Shown piece by piece: positions 26,053-41,685 of a stretch of 58,939 nucleotides of DNA. The DNA is taken from NCBI GenBank assembly GCA_030743445.1, contig JASLSL010000296.1:1-58939 (forward strand), given 5' to 3'. The translations under genes and the position numbers were made by a program. The DNA is from Alphaproteobacteria bacterium (GTDB lineage Bacteria; Pseudomonadota; Alphaproteobacteria; UBA8366). Positions within the stretch are counted from its first letter, which is position 1; the number at the start of each line of letters is the position of its first letter. A model generated the notes under the pieces. The model did not search any database. It was not told the origin of the DNA and saw only the letters and a program-made list of their open reading frames with translations.

Positions 26053-27594
26053 TTAGAAGATTATTCCGAGGACCAGAAGCGCGATCGCCAGGATCGCCAC
26101 GGCGCGCCACTGAGCAGCCGAAAAACCGCCGCCGCCGGTCCCGCCGAGGCCACCGGACGCCGCTGTATCGAGCTTCAGGCCGCGCTCGGAGACCAGCCCC
26201 GCGAGCTGCTCAGCCTTGTCCAGGAGCGAGGGCAAACGTTCGACTCGCACACGGATTTCCGCCGCCGTATCGGCGAGCCGCGCCTCGGGTCCGCGGTTTT
26301 CATGCATCCATTGCTCGATCAGCGGCTCGGCCATGAGCCACATGTTGCTCATGGGGTGTAGCCGCCGCCCGACGCCTTCGGCCACCAGCATGGTCTTCTG
26401 CAGCAGCAGGAGCTGCGGCTGGGCCTCCATCTCGAAGGTCTCGGTGATGTGGAACAGCTGGCCGAGGAGCTGGGCGATCGAGATCTCGTGCTGCGGCTTG
26501 CCGAAGATCGGCTCGGCGATGGCGCGGCAGGCCTGCATGAAGGCGTCGCGCGACTTGTGCGGCGGCACGTAGCCGGCGGCGAAATGAACCTCGGCGACGC
26601 GGCGGTAATCACGTTGCAGGAACCCCAACAGCAGATCGGCGAGGAAGTTCCGGGTCCGCTTGTCGAGCCGCCCCATGATGCCGAAATCGACCGGCACCAG
26701 GGCGCCGTCGGGGGCGACGAACATATTGCCGGGATGCATGTCGGCGTGAAAAAAGCCGTCGCGGAACACCTGGTTGAAGAACACGCGCGAAGAGCGCTCC
26801 ATTATCTCCGCCGGGTCGAAACCGGCGTCCTCGAGCCGCTCGACCTCGTCGATCGGAATACCCTCGATGCGCTCGATGGTCAGCACGCGGCGCGCGGTGT
26901 GCTGCCAATCGACCCTGGGGACGCGGAAATCCTCGTCCCCGGCGGCGTTCTCGCCGAGCTCGTCGGCCGCCGCCGCCTCGAGCCGCAAATCCATTTCCAG
27001 CAAGACCGTTTCCTCGAAGGTGCGGACGACCTCGAGGGGCCGCAGCCGCGCCAGCGCCGGCTTGGCGTGCAGCACCATTCGCGCCAACCAATAGAAGAAA
27101 TCGATGTCGCGGCGGAATTCGGCCTCGATGCCGGGACGCAGCACCTTGACCGCCACGGGCTCGCCCTCGGCGGTCTCGGCGAAGTGGACCTGGGCGATCG
27201 AGGCGGCGGCGACCGGGCGGTCCTCGAACTTGGCATAGAGGCCGCTGACCGGCGCCCCGAGCTCGCGCTCGACGGTCCGGCGCGCCTCGATCGAGGGAAA
27301 CGGCGGCAAGCGGTCCTGAAGTGCGGAGAGGTCCTCCGCCATTTCCTCGCCGAGCAAATCCGAGCGCACCGCGAGCGACTGGCCGAATTTGATGAAACTC
27401 GGCCCCAGCGCCTGCAGCGCCAGCGACAGCCGCTCGCCCGGCCGCCCCGACGCCTTGCCGCCCGGCAGGCGCTTGAGGGCCGCCACCAGCAGGGGTGCGA
27501 CCCCAAACATCTCCAACGGAAAGAGGGCGTCGTGGCGCGCCAGGGTGCGGGCGATCCCGATCAGGCGGACGAAATGCAGCAGGCCGGCGATCAT
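26053..27594 (-). CDS. ubiB: Ubiquinone biosynthesis regulatory kinase-like protein UbiB (ABC1/AarF family)
   Basis: ATG 27594 lies in ORF 26053..28032. It has [51 protein letters not shown] and a C-terminal TM helix. Confidence 0.92.
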   Translation of the reverse strand: MIAGLLHFVRLIGIARTLARHDALFPLEMFGVAPLLVAALKRLPGGKASGRPGERLSLALQALGPSFIKFGQSLAVRSDLLGEEMAEDLSALQDRLPPFPSIEARRTVERELGAPVSGLYAKFEDRPVAAASIAQVHFAETAEGEPVAVKVLRPGIEAEFRRDIDFFYWLARMVLHAKPALARLRPLEVVRTFEETVLLEMDLRLEAAAADELGENAAGDEDFRVPRVDWQHTARRVLTIERIEGIPIDEVERLEDAGFDPAEIMERSSRVFFNQVFRDGFFHADMHPGNMFVAPDGALVPVDFGIMGRLDKRTRNFLADLLLGFLQRDYRRVAEVHFAAGYVPPHKSRDAFMQACRAIAEPIFGKPQHEISIAQLLGQLFHITETFEMEAQPQLLLLQKTMLVAEGVGRRLHPMSNMWLMAEPLIEQWMHENRGPEARLADTAAEIRVRVERLPSLLDKAEQLAGLVSERGLKLDTAASGGLGGTGGGGFSAAQWRAVAILAIALLVLGIIF

Positions 27595-27629
27595 CGTTCC
27601 GAAGGAGTCACTATCATCGCCCTCTGGTA

Positions 27630-28388
27630 TCAGACGCGCCAGGCGGCGTGGATCGCCGCGATGCCGCACGACAGGTTGCGGTAGCCGACCCGGGTGAGGC
27701 CGGCCTCCTCGATCATGCGCATGAACGCGTCCTGGGGCGGAAACTTGCGAATGCTTTCCGCAAGGTAGCGGTAGGCTTGCGCATCGCCGGCGATCGCCCC
27801 GCCGAGCGCCGGCAGCACGGTGAAGGAATAGCGGTCGTAGAGCGTTTTGAGCGCCGGCTGCGCGACGCGGCTGAACTCCAGCACCAGGAACCTTCCGCCG
27901 GGCCTCAGCACGCGCCTGGCCTCCGCCAGCGCGGCCTCCAGATGGGTGACGTTGCGCAGGCCGAAGGCGCAGGTATAGGCGTCGACCGCGCCGTCCGGCA
28001 GCGGCAGCGCCTCGGCGTCGCCGGTGACCCACTCGATATCCCCGACCAGACCGCGGTCGAGGGCCCGGTCGCGGCCGACCTCGATCATGCGTTGGTTGAG
28101 GTCGCAGACCGTGACCTTGCCGCCGCCTCCGGCGAGGTAGCGCAACGCGATGTCGCCGGTGCCGCCGGCGACGTCGAGCAAATGCATGTCCGGGCGCGGG
28201 CAGAGCTGGTCGATCAGCGTCGCCTTCCAGACCCGGTGGACGCCGCCCGACATCAGGTCGTTCATCAGGTCGTAACGATCGGCGACCCTGTCGAAGACCT
28301 CGCGGACCAGCCCGGGCTTGTCCTCGATGCCGACCTCGCGGAACCCGAAATGGGTCGTCGTGCCTCGCTCTTGGCCCCCTCGTTCCAT
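27630..28388 (-). CDS. ubiE: Demethylmenaquinone / 2-methoxy-6-polyprenyl-1,4-benzoquinol methyltransferase
   Basis: THFGFREV...[25 protein letters not shown]...[11 protein letters not shown]...LRNV. Confidence 0.93.
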   Translation of the reverse strand: MERGGQERGTTTHFGFREVGIEDKPGLVREVFDRVADRYDLMNDLMSGGVHRVWKATLIDQLCPRPDMHLLDVAGGTGDIALRYLAGGGGKVTVCDLNQRMIEVGRDRALDRGLVGDIEWVTGDAEALPLPDGAVDAYTCAFGLRNVTHLEAALAEARRVLRPGGRFLVLEFSRVAQPALKTLYDRYSFTVLPALGGAIAGDAQAYRYLAESIRKFPPQDAFMRMIEEAGLTRVGYRNLSCGIAAIHAAWRV

Positions 28389-28436
28389 GGCGGCGACGAT
28401 AGCGCAGGCCGCAAGGCTTTGCTAGAACGGGCGGCG

Positions 28437-29267
28437 ATGCCGGAACTGCCCGAAGTCGAAACCGTCTGCCGCGGCCTCGCCCAGATGCTGGAAGGCCAGG
28501 TGATCGCCCGCGTCGCCCAGCGCCGCGACGATCTGCGCTTCCCCCTGCCCGACGACTTCGCCCGGCGCCTGGAGGGCCGCCGGGTGCGCGCGGTCGAGCG
28601 CCGCGCCAAGTTCATCGTGATCCGCCTCGACGACGAGTGGGTGCTGTTGGCGCATCTCGGCATGTCGGGACGGATGGTGATCCACACGGGCCAGGTGCCG
28701 AACGCCCGCCCGCACGACCATATCGATATCGTGACGCGGGCGGGGACCACCGTGCGCTACACCGACCCGCGCCGCTTCGGGTTCATGGACCTGGTGCCGG
28801 CGGCGGACCTCGCCGACCACAAGATGCTGCGCACCCTCGGGCCCGAGCCGTTGTCGGAAGATTTCTCGGTCGCCTCGCTGAGCGCCGCGCTGAAGGCCAA
28901 GAAATCGCCGATCAAGGCGGCGCTCCTGGACCAGAAGGTCGTCGCCGGGCTCGGCAACATCTACGTCTGCGAAGCGCTTTTCCGCGCCGCAATCTCGCCG
29001 CGCCGCAGCGCCCACACGATCCCCGGCAAGCGGGCGGCGCGGCTGGTGCCGGATATCAAGGCGGTGCTAGAGGAAGCGGTCGCCGCCGGCGGCTCGTCGC
29101 TGCGCGACTATGTGCAGTCGGACGGCGAGCTCGGCTATTTTCAGCACGACTGGCGGGTCTACGGCCGCGAGGGAGAGCCCTGCGGCCGCGACGGGTGTGT
29201 CGGCGTGGTGCGGCGAATCGTCCAATCCGGGCGCTCGACTTTCTATTGCCCTGGCCACCAGAGATGA
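28437..29267 (+). CDS. mutM: Formamidopyrimidine-DNA glycosylase
   Basis: ATG 28437 lies in ORF 27495..29267. It has the MPELPEVE N-terminus, GMSG and a C-terminal zinc finger (CGRDGC...FYCPGHQ). Confidence 0.93.
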   Translation: MPELPEVETVCRGLAQMLEGQVIARVAQRRDDLRFPLPDDFARRLEGRRVRAVERRAKFIVIRLDDEWVLLAHLGMSGRMVIHTGQVPNARPHDHIDIVTRAGTTVRYTDPRRFGFMDLVPAADLADHKMLRTLGPEPLSEDFSVASLSAALKAKKSPIKAALLDQKVVAGLGNIYVCEALFRAAISPRRSAHTIPGKRAARLVPDIKAVLEEAVAAGGSSLRDYVQSDGELGYFQHDWRVYGREGEPCGRDGCVGVVRRIVQSGRSTFYCPGHQR

Positions 29268-29283
29268 CCACATTGCACCCCGC

Positions 29284-29685
29284 ATGCGACGCCTGATTTC
29301 AATCGCCGCCCTGGCACTGCTGGTCGCGTTTGCCGCCGGCGCGCCGGGGGCCCCCGGGGCCCTGGGGGCTGAAGAAAAATTCCTCGCCGGCTTCGAGGAC
29401 GTACCCTTGATGGACGGCCTCGCGGTCGTCGAGGGCAAGGGCATGGTGTTCGACACGGCGGCGGGCCGCTTGGTCGAAAGCTACGCCCGGGGCGCGGTCG
29501 GCCGCGCCGAGGTGCTGGGCTTCTACGAACAGGCCCTGCCGCAGCTCGGCTGGACCGGGACCGGCCAGGGGGCGTTCCAGCGCGAGGGCGAGCGGCTGGC
29601 GATCCGGTTTCTCGGCCCCGACGGCAATCTCGTCGTCCATTTCACCCTGTCGCCGACCGGCGGCGCGCCGTCGATGCGGCGCTGA
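29284..29685 (+). CDS. Hypothetical secreted protein
   Basis: ATG 29284 lies in ORF 29110..29685. It has a signal peptide (MRRLISIAALALLVAFAAGAPGA). I recognise no domain. Confidence 0.6.
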   Translation: MRRLISIAALALLVAFAAGAPGAPGALGAEEKFLAGFEDVPLMDGLAVVEGKGMVFDTAAGRLVESYARGAVGRAEVLGFYEQALPQLGWTGTGQGAFQREGERLAIRFLGPDGNLVVHFTLSPTGGAPSMRR

Positions 29686-29718
29686 CGACATCACGCTTTC
29701 CCAAGGAGCACGAACCAT

Positions 29719-30495
29719 ATGGCATACCAACACATCCTCGCGGAGTCCCGCGGCCCCGTCGGCTTGATCACGCTGAACCGGCCGAAGGCGATGAACGCGC
29801 TCTGCAAGGCGCTGGTCGAAGAGGTCGCCCAGGCGCTCGACGCCTTCGAGGCCGACGACGAGATCGGCGCAATCGTCCTGACCGGCTCCGAGAAGGCGTT
29901 CTGCGCCGGCGCCGACATCACGGAGATGGTCGACAAGACCTACATGGACGTCTACGGCGCGAACTTCATCACCGTCGACTGGGGCCGCATCGCCGAATGC
30001 CGCAAGCCGGTGATCGCGGCGGTCGCGGGCTATGCGCTTGGCGGCGGTTGCGAGTTCGCGATGATGTGCGACTTCATCCTCGCCGCCGATACCGCCAAGT
30101 TCGGCCAACCCGAGATCGTCATCGGCACGTTCCCGGGCTCGGGCGGGACCCAGCGCCTGACCAAGTTCGTCGGCAAGTCGAAATCGATGGAGATGATCCT
30201 CACCGGCCGCATGATGGACGCCGAGGAGGCCGAGCGCGCCGGACTGGTCAGCCGCATCGTTCCGGCCGACGAGCTGTTGGAGGAGGCGATCCGGACCGCC
30301 GAGAAAATCGCCGGCATGTCGCGCCCGGTGGTGGTGATGGCGAAAGAAGCGGTCAACCGCGCCTACGAGACGACCTTGGCCGAGGGCATTCTGTTCGAGC
30401 GCCGGACCTTCCATTCGACCTTCGGGCTCGAGGACCAGAAGGAAGGCATGAAGGCCTTCATCGAGAAGCGGGCGCCGGAATTCAAGCACCGATAG
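29719..30495 (+). CDS. Enoyl-CoA hydratase (crotonase family)
   Basis: 258 aa with [46 protein letters not shown] and [10 protein letters not shown]. Confidence 0.92.
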   Translation: MAYQHILAESRGPVGLITLNRPKAMNALCKALVEEVAQALDAFEADDEIGAIVLTGSEKAFCAGADITEMVDKTYMDVYGANFITVDWGRIAECRKPVIAAVAGYALGGGCEFAMMCDFILAADTAKFGQPEIVIGTFPGSGGTQRLTKFVGKSKSMEMILTGRMMDAEEAERAGLVSRIVPADELLEEAIRTAEKIAGMSRPVVVMAKEAVNRAYETTLAEGILFERRTFHSTFGLEDQKEGMKAFIEKRAPEFKHR

Positions 30496-30673
30496 GGGAG
30501 CAGAAATTTAACCCCGAGTCGCGGCCCCTTCGGCGCTTCGTCCCGCGGCCCGAACCGAGCCCGCGAACGCGGCGGAATACTTGGCTCGCCCGGCCCTCGG
30601 GCGGGTGTTGACGGGGCCGGAAGCGGCCTATATAACCCACGCGCTCACGCCCGACACCAGGACAGGAATCGAC

Positions 30674-30934
30674 ATGGCCATTAGCCGGTCAGCAAAAAAA
30701 CGGATTCGCCAAACCGGCCGCCGCAGCGCGGTCAACCGGGTGCACCTGACCCGCGTCAGGACCTATCTGCGCAGGGTCGAGGAGGCAATCGCCGGCGGCG
30801 ACAAGGGCGCCGCCGAGACCGCCCTCAACACCGCGATGCCGGTCCTCCACCGTGGCGTCAGGAAGGGCGTGATGCACCGGAATACGGTGGCGCGCAAGCT
30901 CTCGCGCCTCGCCACCCGCATCAAGGCCCTATAG
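30674..30934 (+). CDS. rpsT: 30S ribosomal protein S20
   Basis: ATG 30674 lies in ORF 30581..30934. The product is a basic 86-aa protein, [22 protein letters not shown]...[12 protein letters not shown]. Confidence 0.93.
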   Translation: MAISRSAKKRIRQTGRRSAVNRVHLTRVRTYLRRVEEAIAGGDKGAAETALNTAMPVLHRGVRKGVMHRNTVARKLSRLATRIKAL

Positions 30935-30965
30935 GCGCCGGACCGGCGTTGCACCCGGGCCGCAC

Positions 30966-30996
30966 CCGCGATCGGGTCGCGGCTCGTTTCATTTTT
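30966..30996 (+). terminator. Rho-independent terminator of rpsT
   Basis: CCGCGA-TCGG-(G)TCGCGG hairpin followed by CTCGTTTCATTTTT. Confidence 0.55.
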
Positions 30997-31501
30997 CGGA
31001 CCCGGCCGAAGCGGCGTGCGAATTCATTCGCTATCTAATTGTCAACGAATTTATTTGCGACGTTCTCCTTTCGGACTGGTTGCGGCGGGAAAAAACCACC
31101 GCTACATTCGGTCCTCGCAACACCGTCTGGGGAGACGCACGCCAAGTTCCGAAATTCACGCTTCGATGTATTAGACGCTTAACTACAATAAAAGGCGGCG
31201 GGAGAACAGGGCATCTGGTTCACTATACTTTATAAATAGATGTTTTTTACTTTCATCTCGTCATGCACCAAAGCGGTCTTTACTTGACTGTTCGATAAAC
31301 CCCTCGGGGCGCCGAACGGTCCCAGCGAAGCGGTCCCGGCATCCCGGTTTGGGATGCGGCAAGGGTCGCGTCAAACGCGGCTCAAACGAAGCGATGAAGT
31401 CCCCCCCCGGATGGCATTGCAGAAGACGCGCCTCGTCGAGGCGGCGTCAGGGTAACATCGCATTGCGCCGACCGCGTCGGTGAGAGGGGATTTAAAGCCG
31501 C

Positions 31502-32842
31502 ATGGGCGACAAACTGTCGGCACAATGGGCAAGGGTCCGCGGGCGCCTTCGGGCAGAATACGGCGAGACGGCCTACCGCAGTTGGCTCAGGCCCCTGACG
31601 CTTCAGGGCATGGAGGGCGGCCGGGTCCGCATCTCGGTGTCGACGCGCTTCATGCAGGATTGGGTCGAGTCCCAGTACGGCGACCGCCTGGCCAGCCTGT
31701 GGGCGGTCGAGGCGGCCGAGGTTCATAGCGTCGACATCTACGTCGAGGGCGGGACAGAGACCGCCTCGACGCTGGAGCGGCCGCCGACGGCCAAGGAGGC
31801 GCGCTCGACCGGCGACGAAATCGGGGCGCCCCTCGATCCCCGCTTCACCTTCGAGAACTTCGTCGTCGGCAAGCCCAACGAACTCGCCTTCGCCGCCGCC
31901 AGGCGCGTCGCGGAGGCCGACACGGTGCCCTACAACCCGCTTTTCCTCTATGGCGGGGTCGGGCTCGGCAAGACCCACCTGATGCACGCCATCGCCTGGC
32001 ACCTGCGCCGGACGCGGCCGGAGCGCCACGCGATCTACCTTTCGGCCGAAAAGTTCATGTACCATTTCATCCGCGCGCTCCGCTACAAGGACACGGTCGC
32101 CTTCAAGGAGCAGTTCCGCTCGGTCGACGTGCTGATGATCGACGACGTGCAGTTCATCGCCGGCAAGGAGAACACCCAGGAAGAGTTCTTCCACACCTTC
32201 AACGCGCTGGTCGACCAGAACCACCAGGTGGTGATCTCGGCCGACAAGTCGCCGAACGACCTGGAGGGCATGGAGGAGCGCATGAAGTCGCGCCTCGGCT
32301 GGGGGCTGGTCGCCGATATCCACCCGACGACCTACGAGCTGCGCCTCGGCATCCTGCAGACCAAGGCCGACCAGCACGAGGCCGAGGTGCCGCCCAAGGT
32401 GATGGAGTTCCTGGCCCACAAGATCACCTCCAACGTACGCGAGCTCGAGGGGGCGCTGAACCGCATCGTCGCCTATGCCAGTCTGGTCGGCCGGGCGGTG
32501 ACGCTCGAGAACACCCAGGAAGTCCTGCACGACATCCTGCGCGCCAACGACAGGCGGGTCACGATCGAGGAGATCCAGAAGCGGGTGTCGGAGCATTTCA
32601 ACATCCGTTTGTCGGAAATGTATTCCTCGCGCCGGGCGCGCGCGGTGGCCCGGCCGCGTCAGGTCGCGATGTATCTCTCGAAGCAGCTCACATCGCGTTC
32701 GCTGCCGGAAATCGGCCGCAAATTCGGCGGCCGCGACCACACCACGGTGATGCACGCGGTGCGCAAGGTCGACGAGCTTCGGGCGACGGATAACGGCTTC
32801 AACGAGGACATCGAGCTGCTGCGCCGCATGCTCGAGAGCTGA
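31502..32842 (+). CDS. dnaA: Chromosomal replication initiator protein DnaA
   Basis: 446 aa with the Walker [19 protein letters not shown], box VII and C-terminal DNA-binding region [16 protein letters not shown]...[11 protein letters not shown]. Confidence 0.95.
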   Translation: MGDKLSAQWARVRGRLRAEYGETAYRSWLRPLTLQGMEGGRVRISVSTRFMQDWVESQYGDRLASLWAVEAAEVHSVDIYVEGGTETASTLERPPTAKEARSTGDEIGAPLDPRFTFENFVVGKPNELAFAAARRVAEADTVPYNPLFLYGGVGLGKTHLMHAIAWHLRRTRPERHAIYLSAEKFMYHFIRALRYKDTVAFKEQFRSVDVLMIDDVQFIAGKENTQEEFFHTFNALVDQNHQVVISADKSPNDLEGMEERMKSRLGWGLVADIHPTTYELRLGILQTKADQHEAEVPPKVMEFLAHKITSNVRELEGALNRIVAYASLVGRAVTLENTQEVLHDILRANDRRVTIEEIQKRVSEHFNIRLSEMYSSRRARAVARPRQVAMYLSKQLTSRSLPEIGRKFGGRDHTTVMHAVRKVDELRATDNGFNEDIELLRRMLES

Positions 32843-33062
32843 GCCGCGGCCGGGCACCCGGAAAGCGCCGATTTCCGCGCCTTTCCAGGCCCGACTCCGC
32901 GGCGCAAAAACCACTAAATATGTCGCGATTCCGGGGGTCGCATGCTATACTTTGTGGTCCGTAGTGTGAAGCCGCCGATGGCTTCCGAATCGGCCCTCAG
33001 AGGGGACGATTTCACGCCCCGGTAACGACCTTCGAAAGACATTCAACAAAACGAATCCGCCC

Positions 33063-34181
33063 ATGAAACTGACCATCGAACGCGCCGCCCTTCTCCGTGC
33101 GCTCGGACACGTCCAGAGCGTCGTCGAGCGCCGCAATACGATTCCGATCCTCTCGAACGTCCTGATGGAGGTGGAAAGCGGCCGCCTCGGGCTGACCGCG
33201 ACCGACATGGACCTCGCGATCGTCGAATCGGTCGAGGCGGCGATCGAGGCCGACGGCGCCACCACGGCGCCGGCGCACACGCTCTACGACATCGTCCGCA
33301 AGCTTCCCGAGGGCGCCCAGGTCGAAATCGACGCCACCGGCGACTCGGAACAAATGGCACTGCGCGCGGGACGCTCGCATTTCACTTTGCAGACCCTGCC
33401 GACCGAGGATTTCCCGCGCATGGCGAGCGGCGACATGCCGCACAACTTCAGCCTCCCGGCGAAGGCGTTGAGATCCCTGATCGACCGCACCCGGTTCGCG
33501 ATCTCGACCGAGGAGACCCGCTATTACCTCAACGGCATCTTCATGCACACCGCAGAGACCAATGGTGCCGAGGTCCTGCGCACGGTCGCGACCGACGGCC
33601 ACCGGCTGGCGCGGGTCGAGATGGAGGTGCCCGAAGGTGCGACCGGAATGCCGGGCATCATCGTGCCGCGCAAGGCGGTCAACGAGCTGCGCAAGCTGAT
33701 TGACGAGAGCGACGACGAGATCGACGTGGCGCTGTCCGACACCGGCATCCGCTTCGCCTTCGGCGGGGCGGTGCTGACGACCAAGCTGATCGACGGAACC
33801 TTCCCCGACTACGAGCGGGTGATCCCGACAGGCAACGACAAGACCCTGCAGGTCGATTGCGAGAAATTCGCCCACGCGGTCGACCGGGTCGCCACGATTT
33901 CGACCGAGAAGTCGCGCGCCGTGAAGCTCAGCGCCGAAAGCAACAACCTGATCCTGACGGCCTCGAGTCCGGACAGCGGCACGGCGACCGAGGAAATCGA
34001 GGTCGAATACAGCGATTCACCGATCGAGATCGGCTTCAACGCGCGCTACCTGCTCGACATCACCCAGCAGATCGAGGGCGATCAGGCGGAGTTCTCGGTC
34101 GCCGATGCGGCGTCGCCGACCATCGTGCGCGACAGCAGCGACAAGAGCGCGCTCTACGTGTTGATGCCGATGCGGGTTTAG
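33063..34181 (+). CDS. dnaN: DNA polymerase III beta sliding clamp
   Basis: 372 aa with MKLTIERAALLRAL..., RNTIPILSNVL, ATDGHRLA and a LMPMRV C-terminus. Confidence 0.95.
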   Translation: MKLTIERAALLRALGHVQSVVERRNTIPILSNVLMEVESGRLGLTATDMDLAIVESVEAAIEADGATTAPAHTLYDIVRKLPEGAQVEIDATGDSEQMALRAGRSHFTLQTLPTEDFPRMASGDMPHNFSLPAKALRSLIDRTRFAISTEETRYYLNGIFMHTAETNGAEVLRTVATDGHRLARVEMEVPEGATGMPGIIVPRKAVNELRKLIDESDDEIDVALSDTGIRFAFGGAVLTTKLIDGTFPDYERVIPTGNDKTLQVDCEKFAHAVDRVATISTEKSRAVKLSAESNNLILTASSPDSGTATEEIEVEYSDSPIEIGFNARYLLDITQQIEGDQAEFSVADAASPTIVRDSSDKSALYVLMPMRV

Positions 34182-34239
34182 GGGAAAAGACCTGGCAAGC
34201 GCTGAACCTCTAAGTGCCTCTTCCAGTGTCGCGCTCGCC

Positions 34240-37798
<3,559 letters not shown>

Positions 37799-37971
37799 CA
37801 GGGACCCTCGAGTGCCGCGCCGGGGTTGCAATTGGAAACCGGAGACATTACCTCGAATTTAACCACGCGCAACGCCGCCGGGACGTGGCCGGCAGAGTGC
37901 ATTGTCATATGACGCGACCTGGGATATTGGTAGCGCTCACGTGAGGGAGTGTCCTAGGGAGAGGACGAGCC

Positions 37972-38493
37972 TTGGCTTTCATCAAAAAGGGTAATTACAG
38001 CCTCGAAGAGCTGTTGGAGTGCGCGCATGGCCGCCTGTTCGGCGAGGGCAATGCGCAGCTTCCGCTGCCGCCGTTCCTGATGCTCGACCGCATCGTCAAG
38101 ATTTCCGACAAGGGCGGCGACCACGGCAAGGGCGTGATCGACGCCGAAATGGACATCAAGCCGGACCTTTGGTTCTTCAAGTGTCATTTCGAGAACGATC
38201 CGGTGATGCCGGGCACGCTTGGCCTCGACGCCATGTGGCAGCTCGTCGGGTTCTTCCTCGGCTGGCTCGGCGGCATCGGCAAGGGCCGGGCGATCAGTGT
38301 CGGCGAGGTCAGGTTCTCGGGCCAGGTCCTGGAAACCGCGAAGAAGCTCAGCTACCACATCAACGTCAAGCGCGTGATCATGCGCAAGCTGGTGATGGGC
38401 ATCGCCGACGGCATCATGAAGGTCGACGGCGAACAGATTTACGAGGCGAAGGACATCCGGGTCGGCCTGTTCTCCTCGCCCGAACAATCCTGA
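37972..38493 (+). CDS. fabA: 3-hydroxydecanoyl-ACP dehydratase / trans-2-decenoyl-ACP isomerase
   Basis: 173 aa with [36 protein letters not shown] and the active-site His. It uses a TTG start. Confidence 0.92.
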   Translation: MAFIKKGNYSLEELLECAHGRLFGEGNAQLPLPPFLMLDRIVKISDKGGDHGKGVIDAEMDIKPDLWFFKCHFENDPVMPGTLGLDAMWQLVGFFLGWLGGIGKGRAISVGEVRFSGQVLETAKKLSYHINVKRVIMRKLVMGIADGIMKVDGEQIYEAKDIRVGLFSSPEQS

Positions 38494-38503
38494 CGGAGCA
38501 CAC

Positions 38504-39721
38504 ATGCGGCGGGTCGTAGTCACCGGTCTGGGAATCGTCTCCTGCATCGGCAACACCAAGGAAGAGGTCGTCGAGTCCCTGCGCGAGGGCCGATCCGGCA
38601 TCGAACACAGCGACGAATACGAAGAACTCGGCTTCCGCAGCCACGTCCATGGCGCCATCAAAATCGACATCGAAGAGCGGATCGACCGCAAGATCCGCCG
38701 CTTCATGGGCGACGGCGCGGCTTACACCTATATCGCGATGGAGCAGGCGATCGCCGATTCGGGGCTGACCGAGGACGAGGTTTCGAACGAACGCACCGGC
38801 ATCATCATGGGCTCGGGCGGTCCCTCGACCAAGAGCCTGCTGCTGTCGACCGACACCTTCCGAGAGAAGAACGCCAAGCGGGTCGGTCCCTATATGGTGC
38901 CGCGCACCATGTCGAGCACCACATCGGCGACGCTCGCCCCGCCGTTCAAGATCAGGGGCGTCAATTATTCGATCACCTCGGCGTGCTCGACCTCGTCGCA
39001 CTGCATCGGCAACGCCACCGAGTTGATCCAATGGGACAAGCAGGACATCGTGTTTGCCGGCGGCGGCGAGGAGCTGCATTGGACCCTGACCCTGCTGTTC
39101 GACGCGATGCCGGCGCTGTCGTCGAAATACAACCATGCGCCCGAGACCGCGAGCCGGCCCTATGACGCCAACCGGGACGGCTTCGTCATCTCCGGCGGCG
39201 GCGGCGTGGTGGTTCTCGAGGAGCTCGAGCACGCCAAGGCGCGCGGCGCCAAGATCTACGGCGAGATCGCGGGCTACGGCGCCACCTCGGACGGCGCCGA
39301 CATGGTCCAGCCGAGCCAGGAAGGGGCCGAGCGCTGTATCCGCATGGCGCTCGCCGGGCTCAACGACCCGATCAACTACATCAACACCCACGGGACCAGC
39401 ACCCCGGTCGGCGACATCCGCGAGCTCGAGGCGATCCGCACCGTATTCGGCGACAATCTGCCGAAGATCAGCTCGACCAAGTCCCTGACCGGCCATTCCC
39501 AAGGCGCCACCGGCGTCCACGAGGCGATCTATTCGCTGTTGATGATGGAGAACGGCTTCATCGCCGCTTCGGCCAACATCGAGGAGCTCGACGAGGGGGC
39601 GGCGGACTTCCCGATCGTGCGCGAGCGCGAGGACGACGTCGCGCTGGACTGCGTGCTCTCCAACAGTTTCGGTTTCGGCGGCACCAACGCGACGTTGGTG
39701 CTGAAACGGTACGACGGCTGA
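38504..39721 (+). CDS. fabB: 3-oxoacyl-ACP synthase I
   Basis: 405 aa with [12 protein letters not shown], active site [22 protein letters not shown] and SFGFGGTNA. It lies directly downstream of fabA. Confidence 0.92.
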   Translation: MRRVVVTGLGIVSCIGNTKEEVVESLREGRSGIEHSDEYEELGFRSHVHGAIKIDIEERIDRKIRRFMGDGAAYTYIAMEQAIADSGLTEDEVSNERTGIIMGSGGPSTKSLLLSTDTFREKNAKRVGPYMVPRTMSSTTSATLAPPFKIRGVNYSITSACSTSSHCIGNATELIQWDKQDIVFAGGGEELHWTLTLLFDAMPALSSKYNHAPETASRPYDANRDGFVISGGGGVVVLEELEHAKARGAKIYGEIAGYGATSDGADMVQPSQEGAERCIRMALAGLNDPINYINTHGTSTPVGDIRELEAIRTVFGDNLPKISSTKSLTGHSQGATGVHEAIYSLLMMENGFIAASANIEELDEGAADFPIVREREDDVALDCVLSNSFGFGGTNATLVLKRYDG

Positions 39722-39764
39722 CCTGGTCGCCTGAAAAACAACGATAATTGAATCGAGACGCCTC

Positions 39765-40601
39765 GTGCCCGACACCCCGCCAGCCCCGACGAAAGAGACC
39801 GCCGCGCCCGTCGCGCCCGACGCCCTGATGGCCGGCAAGCGCGGCCTGGTCATGGGCGTGGCCAACGACCATTCGATCGCCTGGGGCATCGCCGAGACCC
39901 TGTCGCGGCACGGTGCCGAGCTCGCCTTCACCTATCAGAGCGAGGCCTTGGGCCGCCGGGTCGAGCCGCTCGCCGAATCGTTGGGCTCGGCCTTGGTATT
40001 GCCCTGCGACGTCGTCGACAACGGCACCCTGGACGCGACCTTCGAGGCGCTCGGCGCGGCCTGGGGATCGCTCGACTTCGTGGTCCACGCGATCGCCTAT
40101 TCCGACAAGGACGAGCTCAAGGGCAGGTATGTCGATACCAGCCGCGAAAACTTCCGCCATACCCTCGACGTCTCGTGCTACTCGTTCACCGAAATCGCCC
40201 GGCGCGCCGCCCGGCTGATGCCCCATGGCGGCAATCTCCTGACCCTGACCTACGACGGCTCGCAGCGGGTGATGCCGCACTACAACGTGATGGGCGTCGC
40301 CAAGGCGGCGCTCGAGGCGAGCGTGCGCTACCTCGCGGTCGATCTCGGGCCCCAAGGCATCCGGGTCAACGCGATCTCGGCCGGGCCGATGCGCACGCTG
40401 GCGGGCTCGGCGATCGCCAGCGCCCGCTTCGTCTACAAATGGCAGGGCGAGAACGCGCCCTTGCGGCGCAACGTGGCGCTCGACGACATCGGCGGCGCCG
40501 GGCTCTATCTCCTCTCCGACCTCTCCAGTGCGGTGACCGGCGAGACCCTCTACGTCGATTGCGGCTACAACGTCATCGGCATGGCCATCCCGCCGGACTA
40601 G
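39765..40601 (+). CDS. fabI: Enoyl-ACP reductase (NADH), FabI
   Basis: GKRGLVMGVANDHSIAWGIA, YNVMGVAKAALEASVRYLA and NAISAGP. The start is uncertain: GTG 39765 or ATG 39828. Confidence 0.9.
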   Translation: MPDTPPAPTKETAAPVAPDALMAGKRGLVMGVANDHSIAWGIAETLSRHGAELAFTYQSEALGRRVEPLAESLGSALVLPCDVVDNGTLDATFEALGAAWGSLDFVVHAIAYSDKDELKGRYVDTSRENFRHTLDVSCYSFTEIARRAARLMPHGGNLLTLTYDGSQRVMPHYNVMGVAKAALEASVRYLAVDLGPQGIRVNAISAGPMRTLAGSAIASARFVYKWQGENAPLRRNVALDDIGGAGLYLLSDLSSAVTGETLYVDCGYNVIGMAIPPD

Positions 40602-40652
40602 GCGGTTTCGGGCATTACCTCGTATCGAGAGCCCGCCAGGCAGGAGTGTCAC

Positions 40653-41558
40653 ATGGAGCCAACCATCACGCCCATCGATGCCACGCTCGGCGCCACGATC
40701 ACGGGCATCGACCTCGCCGACTTGGACGATATCGAGTGGCGGCGCGTCGAGGACGCCTTTCACGAGTATGCAGCACTGGTATTCCCCGCCCAGAACCTGA
40801 GCGCCGAGGCGCAGGTCGCGTTCTCGAGCCGCTTCGGCGACATCGAGCTGTTGCGTCCAGACCCCGACCACAAGGCCGTTTCGATCAGCAACCAGAAGCC
40901 GGATGGCGACGTATTAAAGCCCGAGGAGCATCGCTACCAAACTTTGCGCGGCAACGAGGGCTGGCATATCGACAGCACCTACATGCCGCTCGCGGCCAAG
41001 GCGGGCGTGCTCACCGCGAAGGTCGTGCCGCCGACCGGCGGCGAGACCGAATTGGCCGATATGCGCGCCGCCTACGATGCGCTCGACGAGGATCGGAAAG
41101 CACGCATCGAGGACCTCTCCGCCTATCACTCGCTCTACGAGAGCCAGGCCAAGATCGGGCACATTGTCGAGACCGGCGCCGGTTATGGCTACCATACCAA
41201 GGGCGCGCCGCTTCGCCCGCTGGTGCGCACGCATCCAACTACCGGCCGCAAGTCGCTTTGCATCGGCCGGCACGCCTACCGTATTCCGGGGCTCGACGAC
41301 GCCGAAGCGCAAAGCCTGTTGGACGATCTCATCGAATTCGCTTGCCAGCCGCCGCGGACCTACACGCAAAATTGGCAACCGGGCGACCTGATGATCTGGG
41401 ATAATCGCTGCGTCATGCACCGGGCGCGGCCCTATGACTTCAGCGAAACGCGCATCATGCAGGCGACCCGCATCGCCGGCGACCCCGCAAGCGAGCTCGC
41501 CCCGACCGACCGCGACGAGCGCGCCAGCGGGTTCGAGCCGTCCGCTTCGAACAGATAA
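40653..41558 (+). CDS. TauD/TfdA family Fe(II)/2-oxoglutarate-dependent dioxygenase
   Basis: 301 aa with WHIDSTY (HxD), IWDNRCVMHRA and an AGGAG RBS. The substrate is unknown. Confidence 0.85.
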   Translation: MEPTITPIDATLGATITGIDLADLDDIEWRRVEDAFHEYAALVFPAQNLSAEAQVAFSSRFGDIELLRPDPDHKAVSISNQKPDGDVLKPEEHRYQTLRGNEGWHIDSTYMPLAAKAGVLTAKVVPPTGGETELADMRAAYDALDEDRKARIEDLSAYHSLYESQAKIGHIVETGAGYGYHTKGAPLRPLVRTHPTTGRKSLCIGRHAYRIPGLDDAEAQSLLDDLIEFACQPPRTYTQNWQPGDLMIWDNRCVMHRARPYDFSETRIMQATRIAGDPASELAPTDRDERASGFEPSASNR

Positions 41559-41628
41559 TTCCACTCGCCAAGGTCCGGTGAGCCGTCGGGCGCCGCCGCC
41601 GAACCCAATCGCCAGACGCCATAGGCCG

Positions 41629-41657
41629 CGCCACCGGAGGGAGCCTCTCCGGTGGCG
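41629..41657 (+). terminator. Terminator hairpin after the TauD-like gene
   Basis: CGCCACCGGAG-GGAGCCT-CTCCGGTGGCG (11-bp perfect stem) followed by an A/T-rich tract. Confidence 0.55.
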
Positions 41658-41685
41658 ATTACGAAATTTCGTTGCAAACGCGAAA

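Noticed and set aside
37848-37863. CtrA-like box TTAC-N7-TTAAC upstream of fabA
   Set aside because: It is a single imperfect site (first half TTAC, not TTAA) with no supporting context. Such matches occur by chance in AT-richer spacers.
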